NCBI GenBank assembly: GCA_026982665.1
Contig: JALSGQ010000037.1
Span: 11,762-75,761, forward strand
Direction of reading: 5' to 3'
Length of the DNA: 64,000 bases
DNA from: Hyphomicrobiales bacterium
GTDB taxonomy: Bacteria; Pseudomonadota; Alphaproteobacteria; Rhizobiales; Aestuariivirgaceae
Position 1 is the stretch's first letter; every line of letters starts with the position of its first letter. This document shows, piece after piece, positions 1 to 9,808 of this stretch. Below the pieces are notes generated by a model, which made no database searches, was not told where the DNA came from, and saw only the letters and a program-made list of their open reading frames with translations. A program made the translations under genes and the position numbers.

Positions 1-1
1 T

Positions 2-415
2 ATGGTGCGCCAGCGCCCGTTCGAGCGCGTGGAGGCGTTGCGTGCGGCGGCGGAGGAGCAATACCGGGCGCGCGAACAGGAGCTGCAACGCCAGCTGAAG
101 GCGGCCGAGCAGCGGTTGCAGGCTGTCATCAGCAGCGTGCAGCAGGGCAACGCGGCCATTTCCCTGCAGGACAGGCAGGCATTGCAACAGGCGCGGCAGG
201 AGATCCTGAAGCTGCGGCGGCAGCTGCGTGATGTGCAGCAGGCACTGGCGCGGGACATCCGGCGGCTGGAGTTTCGCCTGCAGGCACTGAACATTGTCGG
301 GCCGGTGGTGCTGCTGGCGTTGCTGGCGCTGGCAGGTCTTGGCTGGCGGCGCTGGCGGGCGGCGCGCTGGCAGCGGGCTGGTGGCGGTCGGCAGGCGGGG
401 GAGGTGCGGGCATGA
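2..415 (+). CDS. C-terminal fragment of a GldG-like ABC-transporter auxiliary protein (5' end outside window)
   Basis: The ORF is open to the window edge. It has a long Q/R/E/L coiled-coil and one C-terminal TM helix (IVGPVVLLALLALAGLGW). Its stop overlaps the next start (ATGA at 412-415), and that next gene looks DUF4340-like, the usual partner. Call rests on remembered architecture only. Confidence 0.45.
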   Translation: MVRQRPFERVEALRAAAEEQYRAREQELQRQLKAAEQRLQAVISSVQQGNAAISLQDRQALQQARQEILKLRRQLRDVQQALARDIRRLEFRLQALNIVGPVVLLALLALAGLGWRRWRAARWQRAGGGRQAGEVRA

Positions 416-1764
416 GGCGGCATTGGCGCATGGTGGCGGTGCTGCTGTTGCTTGCCGGTGCTTCGGTGGCGCTGGCGGCGTGGGCATGGATGCAGGTGCG
501 GGCACCGTTGCAGGTGGCGGAGCAGGGCGAGCTGCTGCTGCCGCGACTGGGGGAGCAGCTGGGCGACGTGGCGCAGCTTGCGGTGCGCCGCAAGGGCGCG
601 CAACTGTTGCTGACACGCACGGAGGAGGGGCTGTGGGTGGCGGAGCCTGCGGGCTGGCCGGTGGAAGGGGGGCAGGTGCGTTCCGTGCTGCTGACGCTGG
701 CGCAGATGCGCAAGGTGCGCCCGGCCACGGCGCTGCCGCAGCGATATGCATTGATCGGGGTGGGGGATCCGGCCCGGGATGAAAACAGCGCGGCCGTGCT
801 GGTGCGTGATGCCGAAGGGCGGGTGCTGGCGCATGTGCTGCTGGGGCAGGAGGCGGAAGGCTGGCTTGGTGGCGGGCGCGAGGCGCAGTTCGTGCGGCTG
901 GCCGACGAGCAGCAGGCATGGCTGGTGGAGGGGCGGGTGCGGGCCTCCACGGCGTTGCAGGACTGGGCCGACACGACGTTGCTGGCGTTGCCGGTGGAGC
1001 AATTGGCGGAGGTCATCATCCGTCATGCCGATGGGGAAGTGTTGCGACTGGCGGCGGAAGGCCGGGATGCGCCTGGCGCAAGGGGAGGCGAAAAGGGCAA
1101 GACCACTGGGGCGCAGCTGCGGCTGGCGGATGCGCCACCGGGCAGCAAGGTGCGCGAGGAGAGGCTGAAACAATTGCAGGCGGTGCTCGGCTCCTTGCGG
1201 TTCCGGGCAGTGGTGCCGGCGGATGCCGATGAGGTGCGCCACCTGCGGGAGGTTGCGATTGTCAAGGCGCGGCTGGGCGATGGGCTTGCCGTGCAGCTGC
1301 ATGTGTTGCGCCTGCAGAAGGATGGGCCGCAGGCAGGCGCAGACCGGCAGGAAGACGGCAGACAGCAGGAAAAGGCTGCGGCGCAATGGTGGCTGCGCGG
1401 GCAGGTGTTGCAGGCTGGCAGTGATGAAAAGCGGGCGCAAAGGCTGCGCCGGCACTTCAAGGGGCGGGTGTTTCGGGTGTATGATGAGGCCGGTGCGGCA
1501 CTGGCATCACGGCTGGAGGATGTGCTGCAGGTGGAAGTGCAGGACCTGCGTGATGTAGCCCCCGGCAATGGGGCCGTGGACGAGGAGGCTTCCACCACGT
1601 CCCCGGCAGCCGATGCCAAGGCTGACGAGGCTGGCGATGCCGGTGCACGCGCTCCTGCCACGCGGGCCGGTGGTGGCAATGCCGGTGCTTGCGACGGACA
1701 GGCACCGGATGCTGCCGCGGCTTCTTCTTCCCATTCCCGGGGGTCTGCGACAAACGGAGAGTGA
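412..1764 (+). CDS. DUF4340-like periplasmic protein with N-terminal membrane anchor
   Basis: 450-aa ORF with an N-terminal anchor (MVAVLLLLAGASVALAAWAW) and an Ala/Asp-rich tail. It is translationally coupled to the upstream GldG-like fragment. Confidence 0.55.
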   Translation: MRRHWRMVAVLLLLAGASVALAAWAWMQVRAPLQVAEQGELLLPRLGEQLGDVAQLAVRRKGAQLLLTRTEEGLWVAEPAGWPVEGGQVRSVLLTLAQMRKVRPATALPQRYALIGVGDPARDENSAAVLVRDAEGRVLAHVLLGQEAEGWLGGGREAQFVRLADEQQAWLVEGRVRASTALQDWADTTLLALPVEQLAEVIIRHADGEVLRLAAEGRDAPGARGGEKGKTTGAQLRLADAPPGSKVREERLKQLQAVLGSLRFRAVVPADADEVRHLREVAIVKARLGDGLAVQLHVLRLQKDGPQAGADRQEDGRQQEKAAAQWWLRGQVLQAGSDEKRAQRLRRHFKGRVFRVYDEAGAALASRLEDVLQVEVQDLRDVAPGNGAVDEEASTTSPAADAKADEAGDAGARAPATRAGGGNAGACDGQAPDAAAASSSHSRGSATNGE

Positions 1765-1768
1765 GATC

Positions 1769-2296
1769 ATGGCCATTCACGTGCTGGACGGACACCGCCC
1801 GAAACTGCCGCCGGCGGGCGAGGCATTCATTGCGCCTTCGGCCGATGTCATCGGCAAGGTGGAAGTGGGACGCAAGGTTTCCATCTGGTTCGGTGCGGTG
1901 CTGCGCGGAGATTACGAGTTCATCCGCATCGGCAACGGCACCAACATCCAGGACAATTCCGTGGTGCATACGGACTGGGGCTGCCCCACCACGGTGGGCG
2001 AGAACGTGGTGGTGGGACACAAGGTGATCCTGCACGGCTGCACCATCGGCAACCGGGTGCTGGTGGGCATGGGGGCGATTGTGATGAACGGTGCGGAAGT
2101 GGGCGATGAGTGCATCATCGGTGCCGGTGCCGTGGTGCCGGAAGGCAAGAAGATCCCGCCGCGCTCGCTGGTGCTGGGGGTGCCGGGCAAGGTGGTGAAG
2201 GAAGTGAGCGACGAGCAGGTGGCGGACATCATCCGCAATGCCGAGGATTACCAGAAAGCCATCCCCCGCTATCTGCGCGGGCTGGAAGAGGCGTGA
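1769..2296 (+). CDS. gamma-class carbonic anhydrase-like / left-handed beta-helix (hexapeptide repeat) protein
   Basis: ATG at 1769 inside ORF 1568..2296. Sequence: MAIHVLDGHRPKLPPAGEAFIAPSADVIGKVEVGRKVSIWFGAVLRGDYEFIRIGNGTNIQDNSVVHTD, then repeated hexapeptide turns. This is the YrdA/PaaY-type signature. Confidence 0.85.
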   Translation: MAIHVLDGHRPKLPPAGEAFIAPSADVIGKVEVGRKVSIWFGAVLRGDYEFIRIGNGTNIQDNSVVHTDWGCPTTVGENVVVGHKVILHGCTIGNRVLVGMGAIVMNGAEVGDECIIGAGAVVPEGKKIPPRSLVLGVPGKVVKEVSDEQVADIIRNAEDYQKAIPRYLRGLEEA

Positions 2297-2355
2297 AGCG
2301 GGAGCTCACGGGCTGTTTTCTCTTCCGATGTTCCTTCTCTGCCTTTCTTGAGGCC

Positions 2356-2397
2356 GGAAAGAAGAAAGCCGGCTCCGGTGGGGGATCCGGAGCCGGC
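2356..2397 (-). terminator. hairpin with T-rich tail on the minus strand (terminator-like)
   Basis: Perfect 11-bp stem GCCGGCTCCGG / CCGGAGCCGGC (2368-2378 / 2387-2397) with an 8-nt loop. The plus strand reads GGAAAGAAGAAA before it, so the minus strand has TTTCTTCTTTCC after the stem. Confidence 0.35.
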
Positions 2398-2650
2398 GTA
2401 TCCCGGCCTCTGATGGGGGAGGGTGGGGGGAGGGGAGGACCGGGTTTGTCGTTGCGTGTTCCTGTCTCGTGATTATCCTTCTACCAGCAAAATGTGGCAG
2501 TGAAGTGAAAGCAGAAGACGGGATTCATTGCTTTGTGTTCATCTTGTATTGAGGGTTTTGCAGCCGGCATCTTTTCTTGGCAGTCATCCCTTTTGCGTGT
2601 CCTGTTCGTGTGGCTGGGGCATGCTGGCAGGTGAGGGTGCGATGAGCGTG

Positions 2651-2686
2651 AAAAAAGGCGGCCCGCACTTTCGCTTGCGGGCCGCC
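2651..2686 (-). terminator. rho-independent terminator for the minus-strand gene ending at 2766
   Basis: 10-bp GC stem GGCGGCCCGC / GCGGGCCGCC (2657-2666 / 2677-2686). A6 at 2651-2656 gives a U-tract on the minus strand. Confidence 0.5.
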
Positions 2687-2765
2687 TGGCGGGTGTGGGA
2701 GACACCACGGTTGTTTCTTCGCGGCATGCTGGCCGTGGCATGGCAGCAGCGTGAAGGCATCGTGC

Positions 2766-3515
2766 TCAGTTGTTGCCGTAAACCTTTGGCTTGATGGCCG
2801 GGTTGCGGGTTATGGCCACCCACTGGCCGGGGTCGCGTTGAGACTGGCGCAGCAGGTAGGTGTAGCCGGTGCGGTTCCACGGCAGGATGCGGTTGCGGCG
2901 GTTGTCCAGCGCGAAGTCGCCACGGTCCGTGCGCACCAGCAGCACCGCATGCCCTCCGCCGTTCTCGTCCAGCACCACGGCGATGAGCAGCGCTTCCGGC
3001 GGGAAGCCCAAGGCTTCGAGATAACGCTTCTTCAGCAGCACGTAGTCTTCGCAGTCGCCAACACCGCTGGTGGGATATTCCCAGACCTCGGGGCGATTGT
3101 ATATCTCCTGGTCGGTCAGTGGCTTGACCTTGCGGTTGATGTAGGCGTTTACCTGCCGGATCAGGTCCCAGCGGGTGGGAGTGAGCCGGATCTGGAAGGT
3201 GGTGGGCCTGCCGATGGGGCGGCATTCCTCCGGGTAGCGATCACAGAACTCGACGAAGCCCACCGGCGGGCTGGCCGGGGCAATGGCCGGCGCATGCAGC
3301 TTGCTGGCAAGGTTGATGCGCGCATGTGCAGTGCCCTGTGCGCTGGCGCTGCTGGTGATGCTGCCCATGGAGGTCAGCGCCAGCATGGGCAGCAGAAGCA
3401 GGCCCAGCAGTGTGTTCTTCCCGCGGCTGCCACGCACGCGCCGCCTGCTGGCAGGCTGGTGGGTGGTTGCGCATGGGCGCAAGTGTTCCTGCGCCCTGTG
3501 GTGTTTCCTCCACAT
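2766..3515 (-). CDS. transglutaminase-like cysteine peptidase (BTLCP / LapG-type family)
   Basis: Family-typical motifs: FCDRYPEEC, VNAYINRKVKPLTDQEIYNRPEVWEYP, GVGDCEDYVLLKKRYLEALG, GGGHAVLLVRTDRGDFALDN. A signal-peptide-like LLGLLLLPMLALTSMG lies near the N-terminus. The true start may be downstream of 3515. Confidence 0.8.
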   Translation of the reverse strand: MWRKHHRAQEHLRPCATTHQPASRRRVRGSRGKNTLLGLLLLPMLALTSMGSITSSASAQGTAHARINLASKLHAPAIAPASPPVGFVEFCDRYPEECRPIGRPTTFQIRLTPTRWDLIRQVNAYINRKVKPLTDQEIYNRPEVWEYPTSGVGDCEDYVLLKKRYLEALGFPPEALLIAVVLDENGGGHAVLLVRTDRGDFALDNRRNRILPWNRTGYTYLLRQSQRDPGQWVAITRNPAIKPKVYGNN

Positions 3516-3726
3516 GGCCGGTGTTCCTGTCCATCATGTTGACGCCGTGGCCGCTGTTGTTTTTTGTGTTGCGGCGCTGTCGGATCAGGCAGAAGGTGCG
3601 CCTCCCTGCTTGCCGGATGGGAGCAACGTGCTTCTGCCGATCTTCGGTCATGCTAACAGGGAAAGTTTGCCGGCCAACGAAGAGATGGAATCAAAGTTAA
3701 ACGGGCGCGTAAACCCTTGATTCACC

Positions 3727-4173
3727 ATGCATGGAACGAGAAAGGGGAAAGGCATGCAGCAGTGGCAGGAAGTGATTTCGGTGCGCACGCAGGGGCAGGG
3801 GCTGTACGAGATGACGGCGGAGGTGGCGCGGTTCGTGCGTGCAGCCGGGGTGCAGACGGGGCTGCTGACGCTGTATTGCCGTCATACCTCGGCCTCGCTG
3901 ACCATCCAGGAGAATGCCGACCCGGACGTGGTGCGCGATCTTTCCGAGTTCTTTGCCCGGCTGGTGCGGGAGGATGAGCCGTGGTACCGGCACCGTTCCG
4001 AGGGACCGGACGACATGCCGGCACACATTCGCTCGGCCCTGACCGATGTCAGCCTCAACATTCCGGTGATGAACGGCGCGCTGGTGCTGGGCACGTGGCA
4101 GGGCGTATTCCTGTTCGAGCACCGCCGTGCGCCGCACACGCGGCAGGTGGTGGCGCACCTGCTGGGAGAATGA
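3727..4173 (+). CDS. YjbQ/UPF0047 family protein (secondary thiamine-phosphate synthase-like)
   Basis: Family-typical motifs: LLTLYCRHTSASLTIQENADPDV, DDMPAHIRSALTDVSLNIPV, LGTWQGVFLFEHR. Start could be the internal Met at 3754. Confidence 0.85.
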   Translation: MHGTRKGKGMQQWQEVISVRTQGQGLYEMTAEVARFVRAAGVQTGLLTLYCRHTSASLTIQENADPDVVRDLSEFFARLVREDEPWYRHRSEGPDDMPAHIRSALTDVSLNIPVMNGALVLGTWQGVFLFEHRRAPHTRQVVAHLLGE

Positions 4174-4284
4174 GGCGAACGTGAAGAAGGGTTTTCCGGC
4201 CTGCACAGCAGGCGGAGATGCTTTTCTTCAGAAAAAACAGTGCGGGTGCGTGGTGGTGAAAGATGTCCGGGGCCCTGCGGGCAT

Positions 4285-5622
4285 TTACGCCTGCCGGTTG
4301 TGCACCTCGTCGGACAGGCCGTTGCCGCGCTCGGTCATCGGTACATAGTCGCGTTGCACCGGGCCGGTGTAAAGCTGGCGCGGGCGGCCGATCTTGCGGT
4401 TGGGATCGGCAATCATCTCTCGCCAGTGGGCGATCCACCCCACGGTGCGGGCAATGGCGAACAGCACCGTGAACATGTCGGTGGGGAAGCCCAGCGCGCG
4501 CAGGGTGATGCCGGAATAGAAGTCGATGTTCGGATACAGCCCGCGGGAGAGGAAGTATTCGTCCTTCAGCGCCATTTCCTCCAGCTGGCGGGCCACCTCC
4601 AGCAGCGGATCGTTGGGGTCGCCCACCTCGGCCAGGACCTCCTTTGCGATCTGCTGCATGATGCGCGCGCGCGGGTCGTAGTTCTTGTAGACGCGGTGGC
4701 CGAAGCCCATGAGGCGGAACGGATCGTTCCTGTCCTTGGCGCGCGCGATGAACTCCGGAATGCGCTCCGGCGTGCCGATCTCCATCAGCATCTTCAGCGC
4801 TGCCTCGTTGGCACCACCGTGCGCCGGCCCCCACAGGCAGGCGATGCCGGAAGCAATGCAGGCGAACGGGTTGGCACCCGACGAACCGGCCAGGCGCACC
4901 GTGGAGGTGGAGGCGTTCTGCTCGTGATCCGCATGCAGGATGAAGATGCGGTCCAGCGCGCGGGCAAGGATGGGGTTGACGTGGTAGTCCTCGGTTGGCA
5001 CCGCGAAGCACATGCGCATGAAGTTGCTGGCATAATCCAGCTCGTTGCGCGGATAGATGAAGGGCTGGCCCAGCGAATACTTGTAGGCCATTGCCGCCAG
5101 CGTGGGCATCTTGGCGATGATGCGCCGCGTGGCCAGCTCGCGCTGATAGGGGTCGTTGATGTCGGTGCTGTCATGGTAAAAGGCGGAAAGCGCGCCGACT
5201 ACCGCCACCATGATGGCCATGGGGTGGGCATCGCGCCTGAAGCCGCGGAAGAAGTTGGAGATCTGCTCGTGCACCATGGTGTGGCTGGTGATCTCCTGCT
5301 GGAAACGGGCAAGCTCCTCCTGCGTGGGCAGGTCGCCATACAGCAGCAGGTAGCTGGTTTCCAGGTAATCGCCGTAGCGCGCCAGCTGCTCGATGGGGTA
5401 GCCGCGATACAGCAGCGTGCCCTGCTCGCCGTCGATGAAGGTGATCTTCGATTCGCAGGAGGCGGTGGAGGTGTAGCCGACATCGAAGGTGAAGACCCCG
5501 GCTTGCCGGTAGAGGCTGCGCACGTCCACGGCACTTGGGCCCATGCTGCCGTGCAGCACCTGCAGTTGCAGCTCCTTCTCCCCCAGTTTCAGGGTGGCCG
5601 TGTCGGTCTTGCCGTCGCTCAT
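4285..5622 (-). CDS. gltA: citrate synthase (type II)
   Basis: 445-aa ORF. Motifs: [63 protein letters not shown]. Confidence 0.95.
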   Translation of the reverse strand: MSDGKTDTATLKLGEKELQLQVLHGSMGPSAVDVRSLYRQAGVFTFDVGYTSTASCESKITFIDGEQGTLLYRGYPIEQLARYGDYLETSYLLLYGDLPTQEELARFQQEITSHTMVHEQISNFFRGFRRDAHPMAIMVAVVGALSAFYHDSTDINDPYQRELATRRIIAKMPTLAAMAYKYSLGQPFIYPRNELDYASNFMRMCFAVPTEDYHVNPILARALDRIFILHADHEQNASTSTVRLAGSSGANPFACIASGIACLWGPAHGGANEAALKMLMEIGTPERIPEFIARAKDRNDPFRLMGFGHRVYKNYDPRARIMQQIAKEVLAEVGDPNDPLLEVARQLEEMALKDEYFLSRGLYPNIDFYSGITLRALGFPTDMFTVLFAIARTVGWIAHWREMIADPNRKIGRPRQLYTGPVQRDYVPMTERGNGLSDEVHNRQA

Positions 5623-5870
5623 GCCGCCTTCCCGTCTCCCGTTGTTTCAGCAACCGTTGGGCACAGGGCCATCTTGGCCGAGGGGTGCTCATGGCAAAGC
5701 CCCTGTTGTTGGCTAGCTCATTGCCACGCAATTGGCAAGGACAGCCCCCGCAGGTGAGCCATGTGCAGCAGCCGCATACCGTTCGTTAACCATGTTTCCC
5801 TTACCCTTCCGGCAGGTGCAACAATGGCCCTGCACAGTGTTTCGACGACTGCGGGGCGCAATGACAGCGG

Positions 5871-7085
5871 ATGGTCGCAATGGTCTTTTCGCGTATCCGG
5901 AAATGGCGTCGCAGGCAGCGCGCGCTGCTTGATACATCGGTATTCGCCCAAGTACTGGAGCAGGGGGATGTGCAGGCCTGCCAGCGGCTGGCATCGCAGT
6001 TGCTGGCGTTTGTCGACGAGCCTTCCACGCTGCCCGAGGAACGTGCGCTGGTGATGCCCTACCTGGCGCGGCTGGCGACGCATCCGCAGCGGGCGGTGCG
6101 GGCATACGTGGCCGAGGCGGCGTGCGATTGCCAGAACCTGGATGCCGAGGTGGTATTCTGCATCGCCGGCAACGAGGATGACATTGCGCTGCCGTTCATT
6201 GCCGGGGCGGTGAGTCTTGAGCGCGTGAAGCAGTTGGCCATCTACCGTGCCGGAGACGTGCGGCGGCGGCTGGCCGTGTGCGGGCGTGCGGACGTGGATG
6301 CCGCCGTGGTGGCCGAGGCGCTGGAAAATGGCCAGCGCGAGGTGGTGTTGTGTTGCCTGCGCAATGCCCAGGCAGCGCTCTCGCCAGAGCAGGCACGGCG
6401 GCTGTATGTGCGGCACCGGGAAGACGAGGAGATCATCGCGGCGCTGCTGGAACGCCCCGACCTGCCGCTGGAGGTGCGCATTGCGCACGTGGAGATCCAG
6501 TCAGGCCGGCTGCGGCAGGTGATGGAGCGCAGCGAATGGCAGGCGGCTGCTGCCGGTGGCAGCGATCCGGTAGCGGCGGTGGAAGAGCAGGCGCTGGCGG
6601 AGATTCTGGCCGGCGTGGAGGACGAGGAACAGTTGCAGGCGGCGCTCGAGTTCCTGTCGCGGCGTGGCAAGCTGACGGCGGCGGTGCTGTTGCGCGCGGC
6701 GTGTGGCGGGCACGTGGCGGTGCTGCTGCATGCGCTGGCGTGGCTTTCCGGCATGCGCGTGGGGCGCTTGCACACGGCGCTGCGCAAGGGGGCTTCGCTG
6801 GGGGTGATGCGCACGGCGCTGATGCGCTCCGGCCTGCCGGAAACCACCCATGCGCTGGCGCTGGCGGTATTGCTGGCGGCGCGTGGTGCGGGTGATGATG
6901 CGGCGCGGGTGGGGGCGCGGCTGATGGCCTTCGGCCCGCGGTTGATGGAAACCATCGCCGAAGCCGATGCGCTTTCGGTGGCGGAGAAGCTGGAAGCAGC
7001 CAGCCTGCTGGAGCAGCTGGGCGATGAGAGCGTGCGGCCGCTGGCCGGGCGGTTCACGCAGTCGCTGCTGCGGCATGCAGCATGA
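5871..7085 (+). CDS. DUF2336-like helical-repeat protein
   Basis: 404-aa Ala/Leu/Arg-rich helical-repeat ORF with good GC3. It resembles the alphaproteobacterial DUF2336 family. Call is from memory only. Confidence 0.5.
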   Translation: MVAMVFSRIRKWRRRQRALLDTSVFAQVLEQGDVQACQRLASQLLAFVDEPSTLPEERALVMPYLARLATHPQRAVRAYVAEAACDCQNLDAEVVFCIAGNEDDIALPFIAGAVSLERVKQLAIYRAGDVRRRLAVCGRADVDAAVVAEALENGQREVVLCCLRNAQAALSPEQARRLYVRHREDEEIIAALLERPDLPLEVRIAHVEIQSGRLRQVMERSEWQAAAAGGSDPVAAVEEQALAEILAGVEDEEQLQAALEFLSRRGKLTAAVLLRAACGGHVAVLLHALAWLSGMRVGRLHTALRKGASLGVMRTALMRSGLPETTHALALAVLLAARGAGDDAARVGARLMAFGPRLMETIAEADALSVAEKLEAASLLEQLGDESVRPLAGRFTQSLLRHAA

Positions 7086-7218
7086 GGCATGCATCAGTTG
7101 ATGCGGTTCGGGTGCGGATGCGCAGGGGTGCCTTCCTTGCAAGTGTTGGAAACCCCGCCAGCACTGCCGGAGAGAGAGACTGCGCAATCCACTGCGGCGG
7201 TTGCCTGCTTCACGCGAT

Positions 7219-7941
7219 TCATGCCTCGCGCAGCAGCTCTGTGGCGCGGGCGATGATGTCGTTGAACATTTCTTCCGTCAGCCGCCCCGTCTGGGTGTTG
7301 TAGCGGGAGCAGTGATAGCTGTCGACGAGGACGCGGCCGCCGGGCAGCGGATGCTCTGCCGCGTGGGCGAAGGGGTGGCGTGCGCGCACCAGGCCGTGAG
7401 CCATCAGCACCGCGTCATGCGCCACCTTGCCCAGCGCCAGGATCACGCGCAGCATGGGGCGGGCCTGAAACTCCGCCTGCAGGAAGCGGTTGCAGGTGCG
7501 AATCTCCGCCGGGGTTGGCCTGTTTTGCGGCGGCACGCAGCGCACGGCATTGATGATGACCGTATCCACCAGCGTCAGCCCGTCATCGGGACGGGCGTCG
7601 TAGGTGCCGCGTGCCAGCCCATGCCGCTTGAGGCTTGCGTAGAGCAGCTCGCCGGCAAAATCGCCGGTGAACGGACGGCCCGTGCGGTTGGCCCCGCGCA
7701 GCCCCGGGGCCAGCCCGATGATGGCGAGCCGGGCGTCATCGGGGCCGAAAGGGGGTGCCGGGGCATTGAACCAGTCCGGGTGCAGGCGGCGCTGCTCCTG
7801 CAGGAAGGCATGCAGGCGCGGGCACAGGTTGCAGTCTGGCGGCGGCAGGCGCTGCTGCTGCACACGCCCGTGCAATCTTTCGCATGATTGCCCGCGCATC
7901 TGCCTGCCGCCGTGTTCGCTGCTGCCTGCCTCACTCGGCAT
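7219..7941 (-). CDS. uracil-DNA glycosylase superfamily protein (family 4/5-like)
   Basis: Motifs: CNLCPRL, LAIIGLAPGLRGANRTGRPFTGDFAGELLY, INAVRCVPPQNRPTPAE, SYHCSRYNT. Alternative ATG at 7899 would remove the 11-nt overlap with the upstream gene. Confidence 0.8.
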   Translation of the reverse strand: MPSEAGSSEHGGRQMRGQSCERLHGRVQQQRLPPPDCNLCPRLHAFLQEQRRLHPDWFNAPAPPFGPDDARLAIIGLAPGLRGANRTGRPFTGDFAGELLYASLKRHGLARGTYDARPDDGLTLVDTVIINAVRCVPPQNRPTPAEIRTCNRFLQAEFQARPMLRVILALGKVAHDAVLMAHGLVRARHPFAHAAEHPLPGGRVLVDSYHCSRYNTQTGRLTEEMFNDIIARATELLREA

Positions 7942-8527
7942 CCATGTCCTCGTCTGCCGGCAGGTAGTCTTCCTCTTCTGCCGGGCGTGGCGGGCGCGGT
8001 GGACGGCCGATGATGTCCTTCATGTCGAGGATCTCGACGAAGTCATCCGCCTGCCGGCGCAGGTCGTCGGCAATCATGGAAGGCTTGGTGGCGACGGAGG
8101 AGATGACGGTAACCCGGCAGCCCATGCCCTGCACTGCCTCCACCAGCGAGCGGAAGTCGCCATCGCCGGAGAACAGGATGACGTGGTCGAGCTTCGGGGC
8201 GAGCTGCATCATGTCCACTGCCAGCTCGATGTCCATGTTGCCCTTGATCTTGCGCCGCCCCTGGCTGTCGGTAAACTCCTTCACCGGCTTGGTAACAACC
8301 ATGTAGCCGTTGTAGTCCAGCCAGTCGATGAGTGGGCGCAGGGGGGAGTATTCGGCATCGTCCAGCAACGCCGTGTAGTAGATGGCGCGGATGAGCCGGG
8401 TGCGCTCGCGAAAGTAGGCGAGGAGTTTCTTGTAATCTATGTCGAAGCCGAGCGTGCGGGCCGTGGCATAGAGGTTGGAACCATCAAGAAACAGCGCGGT
8501 GCGTTCGTCCTTGTACAGATGCATCAT
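7931..8527 (-). CDS. NYN-domain (LabA/DUF88-like) protein
   Basis: Starts at MMHLYKDERTALFLDGSNLYATARTLGFDIDYKKLL. Also has GNMDIELAVDMM and VILFSGDGDFRSLVEAVQ. The upstream 84 codons of the tracked ORF look non-coding. Confidence 0.8.
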   Translation of the reverse strand: MMHLYKDERTALFLDGSNLYATARTLGFDIDYKKLLAYFRERTRLIRAIYYTALLDDAEYSPLRPLIDWLDYNGYMVVTKPVKEFTDSQGRRKIKGNMDIELAVDMMQLAPKLDHVILFSGDGDFRSLVEAVQGMGCRVTVISSVATKPSMIADDLRRQADDFVEILDMKDIIGRPPRPPRPAEEEDYLPADEDMDAE

Positions 8528-8919
8528 GAGTATGTCCTGATTGTCTGAATGATCGTGGGTGCGATCATGGTCGTGAATGTCAGGTTTCGGGGGGCAGTTG
8601 CTGCCGTAATCCGGCATTTCCGCAAGATCAAGGAAGGCAGGAATGCGGCAGCTGCCGCCACCCCCACAGGACTGGCAAAGATGCAGTATAACGTCAAGCT
8701 CGAATGGTGTTTGTAAGGCTTTTGTCATCTGGCGGTGTTTCAAATGACGGATTTTTGCAGCCGAGATGCAGCCGTGCATGGCAATGCCTTGCTCATGGAC
8801 TTCTCATGGGTTGAAGCGGCAATGGCATGAACGGAGGCATGGCGCGCAATGCATGTTGCGATGAACATGAGGATTGGCCGGGCTGATGCCGGAAACGCCT
8901 GCACGGCAAGGGGAAGGGC

Positions 8920-9537
8920 ATGACAGGCGGTTCGTGTGGGGGACTGGACAACGGGCGCGTGATGGCGCTGGTGGCGCTGGGGGCGAACGTGGCCGGGCGC
9001 TGGGGGCGGCCGGAGCAGACGTTGCGGCGTGCGGTGGCCGTGCTCGATGCACTGCCCGGCATGCGCGTGGTGGTGGCGTCCGGGCTGTGGCGCAGTGCGC
9101 CGTTTGGCGGGGTGGCGCAGCCGCCGTTCATCAATGCCGTGGTGCGGCTCGAGACTGCATTGCTGCCACATGCGCTGCTGGCGACGCTGCGGGATGTGGA
9201 GCGGGCGGCAGGCAGGCGAAGGGGGGTCATCTGGGGGGCGCGGGCGCTGGATCTCGACCTGCTTGATGTGGGAGGGCGCGTGATGCGGCCTGTCGGCATG
9301 GGCAGGCTGCAAGGCATGGCAGCTGGTGGCAGGTGCATGTGGCGATGGCAGCGCAAGGGGCTGGTGCTGCCGCATCCCGGCATTGCCTTGCGTGCCTTCG
9401 TGCTGTGGCCGTTGCAGGAAGTGGCACCTGGGTGGCGGCATCCGCTGCTGGGGGCTACGGCCAGTGCGCTGCTTGGCAGGTTGCCGCCAGCGGTGCGGGC
9501 GCAGTGCAGGCCGCTGGGTGCGCGGCTGGTTGCCTGA
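8920..9537 (+). CDS. folK: 2-amino-4-hydroxy-6-hydroxymethyldihydropteridine diphosphokinase
   Basis: Motifs: ALVALGANV, SGLWRSAPFGGVAQPPFINAVVRLET, WGARALDLDLLD, LVLPHPGIALRAFVLWPL. The likelier start is MALVALG at 8962. Confidence 0.8.
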   Translation: MTGGSCGGLDNGRVMALVALGANVAGRWGRPEQTLRRAVAVLDALPGMRVVVASGLWRSAPFGGVAQPPFINAVVRLETALLPHALLATLRDVERAAGRRRGVIWGARALDLDLLDVGGRVMRPVGMGRLQGMAAGGRCMWRWQRKGLVLPHPGIALRAFVLWPLQEVAPGWRHPLLGATASALLGRLPPAVRAQCRPLGARLVA

Positions 9538-9808
9538 AGGCGGTGCATCGCGCCGCCATGTGCGCCGGCGGCAGCATCAAGTCTCACAAGATGTTCACAA
9601 TCGGGTGTTTCTGCCCGCTCGGGCATTGACAATGCACGTGCGAATCTCTCAGTTTCCGAGGTGTTTTCGCAAGGCCATGATGGCCTTGCAGGGCTTGCCC
9701 GGCGGGGGTGTCCGGCCTCTGGCCTTTTCCGGCTGTCATGTCTGCCCGCAAGGGGGCAGCCGGGCTGGCGTGGTCAGATCATGGTTCCGGCCGGTGGTTG
9801 GATACGGG

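Noticed and set aside
4240-5757. 505-aa plus-strand ORF covering the citrate synthase locus. Similar long ORFs: 10674..12233 (-), 14169..16043 (+), 17383..19650 (+), 20342..22159 (+), 25025..26701 (-), 43202..45601 (-), 45271..46641 (-), 48158..49825 (-), 51514..53424 (-), 57478..59538 (-).
   Set aside because: Each lies antisense to, or out of frame with, a gene that has unmistakable family motifs. Their translations are Arg/Gly/Ala/Pro/His/Gln-rich with no recognisable domains. This is the expected stop-codon-poor artefact of a high-GC genome.
8528-8779. 84-codon N-terminal extension of the NYN-domain ORF
   Set aside because: The extension (DIHDHDRTHDHSDNQD...) lies in a lower-GC3, promoter-like region. 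The conserved NYN core begins at the MMHLYKDERT start.
8915-8928. 14-nt exact repeat AGGGCATGACAGGC at 8915-8928 and 22111-22124
   Set aside because: A single 14-mer match is within chance expectation for about 64 kb on two strands with strong GC bias. The contexts are unrelated (the folK start region versus the parC upstream region).
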